DNA of 64,000 nt from a virus (lineage: Duplodnaviria; Heunggongvirae; Uroviricota; Caudoviricetes): the IMG/VR virus record IMGVR_UViG_3300001199_000001, positions 5,404 through 69,403 of that record. One strand, written 5' to 3'. A program made the translations under genes and the position numbers. Positions 16,542-24,670 of this stretch are shown piece after piece. The notes below the pieces were generated by a model that saw only the letters and a list, made by a program, of their open reading frames with translations, was not told the origin of the DNA and did not search any database. Position 1 is the stretch's first letter; the number at the start of each line of letters is the position of its first letter.

Positions 16542-16686
16542 CGATCCATCCGGGCCGTAATTCCAGAGCTTTCAGCGCCCGCTCTGTGGACGGGCGCTGA
16601 GCCCAGCCGACAACGATTCTCTGATCCTTGTCACGGTCGAACACAGTGATTTCGTAGCGTTGTCCACTGTACCCAACCTTATGCAT
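16462..16686 (-). CDS. hypothetical protein
   Basis: internal start MHKVGYSG of ORF 16462..16830; overlaps downstream gene. Confidence 0.3.
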   Translation of the reverse strand: MHKVGYSGQRYEITVFDRDKDQRIVVGWAQRPSTERALKALELRPGWIDAQCEDIGDERLRRDQGQGEGGHVRY

Positions 16687-16690
16687 GGTC

Positions 16691-17317
16691 TTACCCTCGG
16701 ATTTCTCTGATCGTCTCGTACTTGCGATGCGCCGGATTCCAGTAGAGCACCGGCTCTTTAACGACCGGTGTCCGCCGGAGAGACGGGTCGAGCGAGAAGA
16801 CCGCTTTCTTGACCGTCTCGTCAGTGACATTGAACCGCTTGCCGACTTCCGTGAAGCTCTTTCCTGCGCGGACCAACTTCAAGGCTTCGTTATAATCGAA
16901 GGTCCGTGGCCGACCTCGAATTTCGGATTTAAGGCGAGGGTTCTGTGTCTTGATGGCATACCAGATCGCCGCCCCGCTCACCTTGTACTTTTTGATCAGC
17001 GCGGTGATCTTGCTACCGGTGATATAATCGTTATAGGCCGCCTCATGATCGAACTTCCGTCGCCGAACGAGGGCAGTTCCCCTGACGATAACATCTCGAC
17101 CGAACTGGAGGTCAGGGTCAACGCGTTTGATGGCGCTGCGAACGGTCCGCTCGTGAATGCCTAAGTCCTTGGCGATCTCGGAGACCTTGGCGCCCGCCAC
17201 GTAGGCGTCATAAGCCTGCTGGTCGTAATTTGGGCGGACCTTCTTGCTGACCTTCTTATGAGACGCTGCCTTTGGTCGCTTAAAGGTCGTTTTTTCGAGG
17301 GTTTGGACGGTGGTCAA
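16691..17317 (-). CDS. DNA-binding protein with three tandem HTH repeats
   Basis: three repeats of Y(D/N)xYxxGxK(V/I)(S/T)E(I/V)xK..GxxxxT(V/I)xxA(I/V)K..(D/N)P. Confidence 0.6.
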   Translation of the reverse strand: MTTVQTLEKTTFKRPKAASHKKVSKKVRPNYDQQAYDAYVAGAKVSEIAKDLGIHERTVRSAIKRVDPDLQFGRDVIVRGTALVRRRKFDHEAAYNDYITGSKITALIKKYKVSGAAIWYAIKTQNPRLKSEIRGRPRTFDYNEALKLVRAGKSFTEVGKRFNVTDETVKKAVFSLDPSLRRTPVVKEPVLYWNPAHRKYETIREIRG

Positions 17318-17628
17318 GCTTCGCTCTCCTTGAGTTTAGCGACAAGCGCCGCATGGCTGGAGATAAGAAAGCCAATGGGGTCTGTGCCGCAGCCTACAGC
17401 CCCTTTTGTCAGGGCTTGTAGATAATCACAGACCTTTCGCTGTTCAGGCGAGTATCCGCCTTCTGATGTTGGAGCATTGTTTATTAACGCTTGCTGAACA
17501 ACATCATAGCCGTACATGTCGGCAGCTAGGACTGTGTTTATAGCCCGGACGGCCTCGGCATAGCCTGCCTGCCTTCCGGTCTCGTAGAGTTCTTCGTCCG
17601 GCGTAAGCACGGGTTCGCTTGCTGTCAT
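17314..17628 (-). CDS. hypothetical protein
   Basis: 104 aa ORF; first gene after leaderless promoter. Confidence 0.5.
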   Translation of the reverse strand: MTASEPVLTPDEELYETGRQAGYAEAVRAINTVLAADMYGYDVVQQALINNAPTSEGGYSPEQRKVCDYLQALTKGAVGCGTDPIGFLISSHAALVAKLKESEA

Positions 17629-17634
17629 AATCCT

Positions 17635-17663
17635 ACAATAGGACTAGGACAAGCTACTGTCAA
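17635..17663 (-). promoter_or_regulatory. sigma70-like promoter TTGACA-N17-TATTGT, 6 nt before ATG (leaderless)
   Basis: minus-strand TTGACA (plus 17658-17663), -10 TATTGT (plus 17635-17640), ATG at 17628. Confidence 0.5.
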
Positions 17664-17677
17664 GCGTGTTGACAATG

Positions 17678-18034
17678 CTAAATTGTCAAACTAGCACGGG
17701 CTTGCGCAGCGATAGCCCTAAAGGCTAGGGGGTCTGCCGCCAGATCAGCCATGATCTTGCGGTCAATTGCGACGCCCGCCTTTTCCAGGCCATGCACCAG
17801 CGTGGAATAGGTCAGACCCTCCAGTCGCGCAGCCGCGTTTATCCGTTGAATCCACAGGGCGCGGAAACTGCGCTTCTTGTTGCGGCGGTCACGATAAGCA
17901 TATTGCCCGGCCTTATCGACCGCAGCCTTGGCGGTACGGATTGTGCTCTTGCGCCGCCCTGAGAAGCCCTTGGCCTGCTCCAGAACGTTCTTGTGACGGG
18001 CGTGAGACGTGACGCCCCGTTTGACACGAGCCAT
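17678..18034 (-). CDS. rplT: 50S ribosomal protein L20 (bL20)
   Basis: [30 protein letters not shown]...; AAAGGA RBS. Confidence 0.85.
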   Translation of the reverse strand: MARVKRGVTSHARHKNVLEQAKGFSGRRKSTIRTAKAAVDKAGQYAYRDRRNKKRSFRALWIQRINAAARLEGLTYSTLVHGLEKAGVAIDRKIMADLAADPLAFRAIAAQARASLTI

Positions 18035-18058
18035 ATCAAATTCCTTTAGATCGAGGGC

Positions 18059-18256
18059 TTAAGCGTAAGGCATGTAGGTTTTGATCTTCGCCGTGTCGGC
18101 GTCGCTCATCACCTTCGTGCCTCGGTTCTGACGGATGTATTTGCCGTTATGGCTAATCAAGCGGTGGCGCTTACCGGCGACACCTGCTTTGATCTTGCCC
18201 GCAGCCGTGATCTTGAAGCGCTTTTTGGCGCCTGACTTAGTCTTCAGTTTCGGCAT
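18059..18256 (-). CDS. rpmI: 50S ribosomal protein L35 (bL35)
   Basis: [23 protein letters not shown]...; AGAGGA RBS. Confidence 0.85.
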   Translation of the reverse strand: MPKLKTKSGAKKRFKITAAGKIKAGVAGKRHRLISHNGKYIRQNRGTKVMSDADTAKIKTYMPYA

Positions 18257-18333
18257 TTCGGTCCTCTGGACTACGTAAAAAGAATCGCCAAGGCATGCCA
18301 TGAGCCCGGCGATCCGAAGAGGTGTCTAATAAC

Positions 18334-18594
18334 CTACGTGAAGGTCTTAGTCACCTTCGGCGTCAACGTCACGATCCGCACCGGAGCCTTGAATACCCGG
18401 AAGTGCTCCGCTGCCGCCACCTCGGCGTCCTTATAGGTCGCAGGCCAGCGGAATGGATCGCCCATCATGAACCAGCGTGACGCGTGCGGACGGTATGTCT
18501 GAAGCTGATAAACCGTCATCCGGGCGAGGTATTCGGCTTCGGTCGTGGTGTCGGCCGCCATCTTAAGCTGCGTCTGCGTCAGGCCCTTAACCAT
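18334..18594 (-). CDS. hypothetical protein
   Basis: internal start MVKGLTQTQL preferred; not infC-like. Confidence 0.45.
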   Translation of the reverse strand: MVKGLTQTQLKMAADTTTEAEYLARMTVYQLQTYRPHASRWFMMGDPFRWPATYKDAEVAAAEHFRVFKAPVRIVTLTPKVTKTFT

Positions 18595-19234
18595 CGACTT
18601 CGGCTTCTTTCGGGTATTCAAGAATGCTCTTGAGATACGGATCAACGCCTTTCTCGCGTAGCGCGATGTACTTCGACTGGTGGACCCCGTGGTTTACGTA
18701 AAGACCGCACACCCGGCAAAGCCCCTTCGCGTCTGCCCTAGGCTCGGCCTTATGCGCCGTCGCAGTCAGGAGTTGGACGTACTGGCGGATGAAATAGTCG
18801 TTGCGCGCCTTAAGCTGATCGTCATGGCGCCGTCGAAGGTCAGGCCTGCCGCGACGCAGGCGCTGAACTTCATCTTCCCGCTCGCGTAACTCCCGGTTCA
18901 GATCACGATTTTGACGTTCGCAAATCTCCACCGTCCGATGTAGGAAGTATAGTTCCTGCTCCACCGTCCCGTGGTCCGGCGCGTAGGTCGCAGCCTCCGC
19001 GTGCTCGGGCCAGAAGTTTTTAACGATCTCTTCCAGCGGCGTATCGAGATAGGAATAAGGCAAGGCCGCGACCGACCAGAAATCGTCATCCACTCGGATA
19101 CCGACAGCGCCATCAGGAAAATACTCGCTGCCCGGCGCGATGATTTCCCGGTTGAAATCAATCCCAGGAAGGTCCGTCAGGTGGACGTAGTAGGGGCGCT
19201 CTAGAACAGGAATTTCTGTCACGCGTCCGACCAC
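18587..19234 (-). CDS. hypothetical protein
   Basis: 215 aa ORF. Confidence 0.55.
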   Translation of the reverse strand: MVGRVTEIPVLERPYYVHLTDLPGIDFNREIIAPGSEYFPDGAVGIRVDDDFWSVAALPYSYLDTPLEEIVKNFWPEHAEAATYAPDHGTVEQELYFLHRTVEICERQNRDLNRELREREDEVQRLRRGRPDLRRRHDDQLKARNDYFIRQYVQLLTATAHKAEPRADAKGLCRVCGLYVNHGVHQSKYIALREKGVDPYLKSILEYPKEAEVDG

Positions 19235-19506
19235 TTCGCTGAAACCAAGTCGATAGAAGTGAACTTGGCAAACAGGTTGCTGCCGCCGAAAAGCTCACGC
19301 TGTGCATCCAGATCATTCTCAAGGAAGGTCAGCACTTCGGCGATATCGTCCGGCTCGGCGTCTGCAATGCGCGGCATCTCTTCCGCCGCTTCTTCCGGGT
19401 CGGTGTCACCGAAGGCGGCGATCTTGGCCTCCTCGCGTCGCTCTTCATCCGAGAGATCGGAGACCACGATGCGCAAGGTCACCTCAAGCGTGCGAGTGTC
19501 GGTCAT
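19219..19506 (-). CDS. hypothetical acidic protein
   Basis: 95 aa ORF. Confidence 0.5.
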   Translation of the reverse strand: MTDTRTLEVTLRIVVSDLSDEERREEAKIAAFGDTDPEEAAEEMPRIADAEPDDIAEVLTFLENDLDAQRELFGGSNLFAKFTSIDLVSAKWSDA

Positions 19507-19686
19507 TTATGGGCCTTCTTTCAGAGCTTCCTCGTACATACTCTGCGCGATCCGCCGCCACTTCCGGCGCTCTAACAACGGTATGCCGAACCACGAACCG
19601 CCGTGACCTTCCCCCGCGTGCGCGCTCAATTGCGCGTACTGGCCATACATGGCGACAGCGAGGAGTTCCCGCTCGACGAGGGTCAT
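19507..19686 (-). CDS. hypothetical 59-aa protein
   Basis: MTLVERELLAVAMYGQYAQL...; ATGA coupling with upstream gene, fills gap. Confidence 0.4.
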   Translation of the reverse strand: MTLVERELLAVAMYGQYAQLSAHAGEGHGGSWFGIPLLERRKWRRIAQSMYEEALKEGP

Positions 19687-20129
19687 GAAGGGAAATACTC
19701 TTCAAGATCGAGGAACGCGCCGACATCGTCGCCCAGCCGAACCGTTCGCGTGATTTGTTCCTCCCCTGAACCACGGACAAGATCACCATCGCCAAGGAGG
19801 GCGATTACCGGAGGCTCACATCGGAAGATCAACCCACGGCTCTCGACCCCAGCGAAGTTGCGCATCTTGACGCGGTTGCCCTTCGAGCCGCCGAGCATGC
19901 CCTTGGACTTACCTTCTTCCCAATAGCCGCGCTCCTTGAGCACGTCTTCAGGGACGATGGCGTTCTCTGGAATGTAGGCGACAACATCGCCCGGCGCCCA
20001 ACGCAGGTTGCCGTCATCATCCAGATTGGCGACGACCTCAGGGAAGTCGCCCTCCAGGGTGACTATGGAGAGGCGGGGCGCGACTGGGTGGAGACGGACG
20101 GCTTTGACGGTGGTGATAGGGGCTTTCAT
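19683..20129 (-). CDS. hypothetical protein
   Basis: 148 aa ORF. Confidence 0.55.
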   Translation of the reverse strand: MKAPITTVKAVRLHPVAPRLSIVTLEGDFPEVVANLDDDGNLRWAPGDVVAYIPENAIVPEDVLKERGYWEEGKSKGMLGGSKGNRVKMRNFAGVESRGLIFRCEPPVIALLGDGDLVRGSGEEQITRTVRLGDDVGAFLDLEEYFPS

Positions 20130-20149
20130 CAGGACAGGCTACTAACAGC

Positions 20150-20533
20150 TTATCCCGATGTCAACACATTATCACGTCCCCGCATCAACCGCATGAGCAC
20201 CGCGCGCAGGGCTGATTGCTCGTAAGGCTTCTGAAGGAAGGGCAGGGTCTGATCCGGGACATTCTCCTTGTTATAACCGGTTGACAGCACAAAGGGGATT
20301 CCACGTCCTTGGAGTGCAGTAGCTACCGGGCAGCTATACACTCCGTTCAGGTTGAGGTCGAGAACCGCCATGTCTATCGACTCACTCTCGATGATCGCGA
20401 GAGCCTGCTCGACGCGTGCTGCGGGACCTATGACCTTGCAACCAAGGTCGGCTAACATGTCTTCCAGCACCCAGGAAACCATGAGTTCGTCCTCGACTAC
20501 GAGGACGCGGCGACCCAACAGCGGGCTAGTCAT
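20150..20533 (-). CDS. single-domain response regulator (CheY-like receiver, LovR-like)
   Basis: RVLVVEDELMV...VIGPA...IDMAVLDLNL...PFVLSTGY receiver motifs. Confidence 0.8.
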   Translation of the reverse strand: MTSPLLGRRVLVVEDELMVSWVLEDMLADLGCKVIGPAARVEQALAIIESESIDMAVLDLNLNGVYSCPVATALQGRGIPFVLSTGYNKENVPDQTLPFLQKPYEQSALRAVLMRLMRGRDNVLTSG

Positions 20534-21602
20534 TGGGGCTACGTCCATGACCCTTCGGAAGGGGCATAACGACTTCACACGAAACGCCGGATGGATCGTA
20601 ATCCAATCGGACTTCGCCGTTCAACTCTTGGGCAAGGCCGCGCTCGATAAGGCGAGAACCGAAGCCTTTGCGGGTGGGCTGCACGAGGCGCGGTCCGCCG
20701 CTTTCCTTCCACAGTAGTCGCATCCATTCGCCATCGGCTCGACATTCAACGCCCCAGGACATAGTAACCCGCCCGTCGTCTACCGAGAGTGCGCCATATT
20801 TTGCCGAGTTGGTGGCTAGCTCATGGAAAACCATGGCCAGAGACAAAGCCGCCTTAGGCCGCAAGCGGATATCGGCCTTGGCCTCTAAAGTGAAGCGTTC
20901 CTTTCGCTGATCGTGTAAGCCAAACGGTTCTAGGATAAGGTCGACCACGTTACGCAGCACCACACGGCCCCAACTCGCGCTGCCAAGCAGGCTATGGGTT
21001 TTCGACAACGCGAGGATGCGACCTTCAAACAGTGCAAGAACTTTGCCATCTACGATGCCCCGTAAAGTCTGCCTAGCTATCGCCAGCACGGTTGCGAGCG
21101 TGTTCTGGGTGCGATGGTCTAGTTCATTCAGAAGAAAGCGCAGACGATCTTGCTCCTTCTTGTGGCGCGTAGTGTCCACAAAGGAGGCGAAATGTTGAAC
21201 GACCTCCCCCACTTCGTTCTTGACAGGACTAATGAACACGGTGGCCCACAATACGCTGCCGTCCTTGCGACAATAGCGTATCTCCGTGTCGTGGCCTTCG
21301 CCGTCGTCACGCTCAAAATCGACTTTGATAGCCTCCAACATATCTGGTGCGCCCCCCGGCGCCATCAAGGAGTTAAAGGCCTGCCCAAGTACTTCGCCTC
21401 GACTGTATCCAGTGAGAGCCAAAAAGCTGTCATTAGCGAAAATGAGCGGGTTTCCCGCTGCCTTGGCGTCCGTGAACACCATAGCCATTCGAGTCTGCTC
21501 TGCGGCCACGACAAACGGTCCAAGCTCATCCTTGAACTCTTGAACAACGGCTTCTGCTTTGGCCTGCGCGTTGGCGGGCGTCTTGTGTTGTTCTTCATCC
21601 AT
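20526..21602 (-). CDS. LOV-type PAS domain / HWE (HisKA_2) histidine kinase, LovK-like, lacking the photoactive cysteine
   Basis: GNPLIFANDSFLALTGYSRGEVLGQAFNSLMAP (LOV core with GRNCRFLQG replaced), ...YCRKDGS..W; ELDHRTQNTLATVLAIARQT HWE H-box; C-terminal ATPase. Confidence 0.75.
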   Translation of the reverse strand: MDEEQHKTPANAQAKAEAVVQEFKDELGPFVVAAEQTRMAMVFTDAKAAGNPLIFANDSFLALTGYSRGEVLGQAFNSLMAPGGAPDMLEAIKVDFERDDGEGHDTEIRYCRKDGSVLWATVFISPVKNEVGEVVQHFASFVDTTRHKKEQDRLRFLLNELDHRTQNTLATVLAIARQTLRGIVDGKVLALFEGRILALSKTHSLLGSASWGRVVLRNVVDLILEPFGLHDQRKERFTLEAKADIRLRPKAALSLAMVFHELATNSAKYGALSVDDGRVTMSWGVECRADGEWMRLLWKESGGPRLVQPTRKGFGSRLIERGLAQELNGEVRLDYDPSGVSCEVVMPLPKGHGRSPND

Positions 21603-21659
21603 AAGAGCGGTCCTCTGCCGGAGTCCAGAGATACTTCTCAGTCTTCATAATGGGCGTAC

Positions 21660-22130
21660 TTAGGCACGCCGCTTGATCGCTGTTAGCGTCTCATCGTCCT
21701 CAACAACTGGACAACGCATGCCAAACGCATCCTTGAAACGTTTAACCACGACGGCGGGCAGTCGGACCTCCCCATCGCTAATGTGAACGGCGAGGCCGTG
21801 CAGACCGTCTTCCCATTTGCTATCAAGGAAGTTCCACAAACCGATCCGGCTGATCGTGATTTGTGGATTGATCAAGGGAGCATACTCCGCGAACCACAGT
21901 CGACCCGTTTTCGTAGAGTTCATCCACGCGTTACCGAACGGTGATAAGAACCGAACGCTGCCCTGAGCCTGAATTTGCTTGATGTATGTTTCCACCACCC
22001 CGGTAACTCCGGGTGCTTGTTGACGCGTCCCCGGATACCACGTCACGGACCAATCCGCCGGGGAAGCCAGGGAAGCAGCAGGTGCAAGCGCGGCTGCGCC
22101 GCCAAGGGCGAGAAGTTGTCTGCGGTCCAT
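21660..22130 (-). CDS. Tat-signal secreted protein (paralog A)
   Basis: MDRRQLLALGGAAALAPAASLA twin-arginine signal. Confidence 0.6.
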   Translation of the reverse strand: MDRRQLLALGGAAALAPAASLASPADWSVTWYPGTRQQAPGVTGVVETYIKQIQAQGSVRFLSPFGNAWMNSTKTGRLWFAEYAPLINPQITISRIGLWNFLDSKWEDGLHGLAVHISDGEVRLPAVVVKRFKDAFGMRCPVVEDDETLTAIKRRA

Positions 22131-22366
22131 TACCTTGTCCCTGCTTCCTCTAGCCCAGCTAGAATTTGTTCGTGGTTATCCAGAATGAACTGAATAAGCT
22201 CGCGCTGATGGGTATCGCAGCGTTCATTCAAACGCGCGAACTCCTTGATGCTCTTGGCGTCGTCGCTGTCGAGATCGAAGTTATCGACCTCATCCGATGC
22301 ATCAGCGGCAGCGTCGAGGACGTAGTAGTAGGTCGCGAGGGTGTGGAATTGATCTACGTCCATCAA
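22130..22366 (-). CDS. hypothetical acidic protein
   Basis: 78 aa ORF. Confidence 0.45.
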   Translation of the reverse strand: MMDVDQFHTLATYYYVLDAAADASDEVDNFDLDSDDAKSIKEFARLNERCDTHQRELIQFILDNHEQILAGLEEAGTR

Positions 22367-22836
22367 TCAATCTCCTCAAGCGCGCTAAACGGCTCTGTCG
22401 TCGCGCCGCCCTCAACATTGACCCACTCGCCGTTATCCAGCGACTCCCAGTCCCAGTCGTACCGTTCGCAAATGGCGCGCAGTTGCGGCTTACCGTAGTG
22501 ACTGTAGTCGTCAATTCGCAGCGCGCCCAGGAAGCCATCCTCGCCCGCGAGCCACAGCCACGCCCTCATATGGTCCAACGACCGCCCGGCGCTCAGCCCA
22601 CGGCAGTCGTTCGCCTTGCCCCAAGCGAAATCCATATATTCCTTCATCTCGTCAAGGACCGCCTCGCGATCTCGCGGCGAGATTTCCCAACCATCGCTCG
22701 TGGCTTCCGGCTTAAGGAATTGCTTGGCCTTATCGAACGGCAAACGGACGATCAGATCGCCGGTCTGTGTGCCGAAGAAGTCCGAACCGGATACCGCGTC
22801 GATGTGGGCGATGATTTCGTCGTCGGTGCGCATCAC
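22363..22836 (-). CDS. hypothetical protein
   Basis: 157 aa ORF. Confidence 0.55.
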   Translation of the reverse strand: MMRTDDEIIAHIDAVSGSDFFGTQTGDLIVRLPFDKAKQFLKPEATSDGWEISPRDREAVLDEMKEYMDFAWGKANDCRGLSAGRSLDHMRAWLWLAGEDGFLGALRIDDYSHYGKPQLRAICERYDWDWESLDNGEWVNVEGGATTEPFSALEEID

Positions 22837-23051
22837 TTAATATCTTCTCCAAGGCGTATCCGTGCACGTCTGCGTGCTTTCTCATAACCGCGTTCAGTCA
22901 TGCCTAGGCGAGCAGCTTGCTCCGCCCGCGTCCCAGGCCCGTTCATGGCGGCGATGATGGCGGCGTCATTCTTAGAAGCGCGGGACTTCTGTGCAACCCG
23001 CAAACGGGCGAGGCGGTACTTCTGAAACGGGGTTAAGGGCGGCTTGTTCAT
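22833..23051 (-). CDS. small HTH DNA-binding protein
   Basis: AEQAARLGMTERGYEKARRRA (sigma region 4-like HTH). Confidence 0.5.
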   Translation of the reverse strand: MNKPPLTPFQKYRLARLRVAQKSRASKNDAAIIAAMNGPGTRAEQAARLGMTERGYEKARRRARIRLGEDIK

Positions 23052-23060
23052 GCTGTCTTT

Positions 23061-23324
23061 CTAAGCATCGCTACTCACCGGGTCCTTCGCCAGCGCCAAC
23101 GCCTCTTGCAGCGTCTCGACGATCTCTTGAAGTTGTCCTCGCGAGAGCCACATCCAAGCTTTCTCATCCTTGCCTACAGCGAGGTAAACTGGACAGCTTC
23201 TAACCGCGCTGCCCCAGTCAGTCTCCTTCACCTTGACGCGAATAGGGTAGTAGCGCCCAACGGATTTATCCATCAGGATGGTCAGCGGTTTATCGTCATC
23301 GTTTCCTAGATTGCTACCACTCAC
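23061..23324 (-). CDS. hypothetical protein
   Basis: 87 aa ORF. Confidence 0.45.
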   Translation of the reverse strand: MSGSNLGNDDDKPLTILMDKSVGRYYPIRVKVKETDWGSAVRSCPVYLAVGKDEKAWMWLSRGQLQEIVETLQEALALAKDPVSSDA

Positions 23325-24670
23325 GCCGCCACCTCTTTCAGCAGCCCGCCTGTCTTACCCGCCAGATCGAAGTTATTCTCGATGAACTTGATCACCCTGA
23401 GCGCAGGCGTATCCCGCTTGAATACGATGTTCGGTCCGTGGTTATCCAGCATTACAGCTTTAACCCCCGGACGAACCTCAACGAGGTTTTGCGATGTGTT
23501 GGCTCCGCACTGATGCGAGCCACATTCGTTTTGCCACTGCGGCGCGACCTTGACCGGCTCGTGGTCTTCCCTGAACGGTAGATGGGCATGGACGATGCAG
23601 TCGTAGCCAGGATGCTCGCGGAACACCATTCGTTGGCTCTGGCCGCCGACTGATGGCTTGGCGCCGAACGCCACCACCTTATCGTCGCCTTCGTACTCGA
23701 CGCGCACAAGGCCGATTTCCGCTAGCTTGTTGAAGTCCTGTTTGCGTTTGGAAGTGAGGATCGTCTTGTCGTCGATCCGCACAGCAAAATGCCCGACCGT
23801 CGCGCCTCGGAAAGGCTTATAGGCGCCGCGCTCGATGAGGTAGTTGACGACTTCACGTAAATTGTCCGGGATCGCGGGATCATCCCATGCGACCGAGTCG
23901 CCGTGCTGGACTGTGGATCGCGTGAAGGTATTGGTTGATCTCGCCATCACCATCTTGACCAGACCCTTAAGCACCTCATCACGGTCCGTCGTTTCATGGT
24001 AGCGCGCCTCTTCCGGCGTCACGATCATGTTGTTTCGCGTCACCGTATCGTTGGCTAGGACGAGGTTCAGGCTGTCTCGCTTGAGCATATTCAGAGCGAT
24101 GGCGTACTGCTCGTCCGAAGTCGCCCCGGTCGTCGTCTTGAAACCGACCACGAAGATGTCCTTGCGGGTCTTGCGGATTTTACCGATCAGCTTGGTGGCT
24201 GGCGTGAGCACCATATCTTGCTGACCGGCTGAGGTCTTAAGACGTGGTTCATGCGAGCCTGAGGGCGTCGTGACGAAATCAGCATGCCACGTCGAACCAA
24301 GCTGCCCGTCTTCGAGGATCGATCCGTCGTAGTCGCACAGCGCCGCGTTCAGAACGATGACGCGGGTCTCGGGATCAGCGATCAGTTCGTCCAGCAGCGC
24401 GCTGACATCGTCGTTGGTGACGAGCTTGCTGAAATAGGGTTCAGCCATCTTAGTGAGATGAAGGTGCACCGTCTCCTTCATATCTTCAACAGCAACACAG
24501 GCTTCATAAAGGGACCTTATCTTGCCCCCGTTTGTAGCGAGGTCACGAACTGCCGCACCAAACAGTTCGGACAGTCTTCGCGCCGTCTTCCCGAACGCCG
24601 GAGCCGCAAGTGCGAGGTGATTGCGCACGTGGGAGAAAGTCCCGCCGCCGATGATGTGGATTTTCTTCAT
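23321..24670 (-). CDS. two-domain enzyme: N-terminal CoaB/DFP-like (phosphopantothenate-cysteine ligase fold) plus C-terminal class II aldolase/adducin-like domain
   Basis: KKIHIIGGGTFSHVRN...VLNAALCDY...IFVVGFKTTTG...LVLAND (DFP-like); GHFAVRIDD.TILTSKR...GAKPSVGGQS...HPGYDCIVHAHL (class II aldolase). Confidence 0.6.
   Translation of the reverse strand: MKKIHIIGGGTFSHVRNHLALAAPAFGKTARRLSELFGAAVRDLATNGGKIRSLYEACVAVEDMKETVHLHLTKMAEPYFSKLVTNDDVSALLDELIADPETRVIVLNAALCDYDGSILEDGQLGSTWHADFVTTPSGSHEPRLKTSAGQQDMVLTPATKLIGKIRKTRKDIFVVGFKTTTGATSDEQYAIALNMLKRDSLNLVLANDTVTRNNMIVTPEEARYHETTDRDEVLKGLVKMVMARSTNTFTRSTVQHGDSVAWDDPAIPDNLREVVNYLIERGAYKPFRGATVGHFAVRIDDKTILTSKRKQDFNKLAEIGLVRVEYEGDDKVVAFGAKPSVGGQSQRMVFREHPGYDCIVHAHLPFREDHEPVKVAPQWQNECGSHQCGANTSQNLVEVRPGVKAVMLDNHGPNIVFKRDTPALRVIKFIENNFDLAGKTGGLLKEVAA

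Noticed and set aside
19484-19795. 103-aa Arg-rich minus ORF
   Set aside because: It is the wrong frame. The gap is cleanly filled by a coupled 59-aa gene (19507-19686) plus 19683..20129.
22297-22887. 196-aa plus ORF rich in Arg
   Set aside because: It is antisense to minus genes 22363..22836 and 22130..22366.
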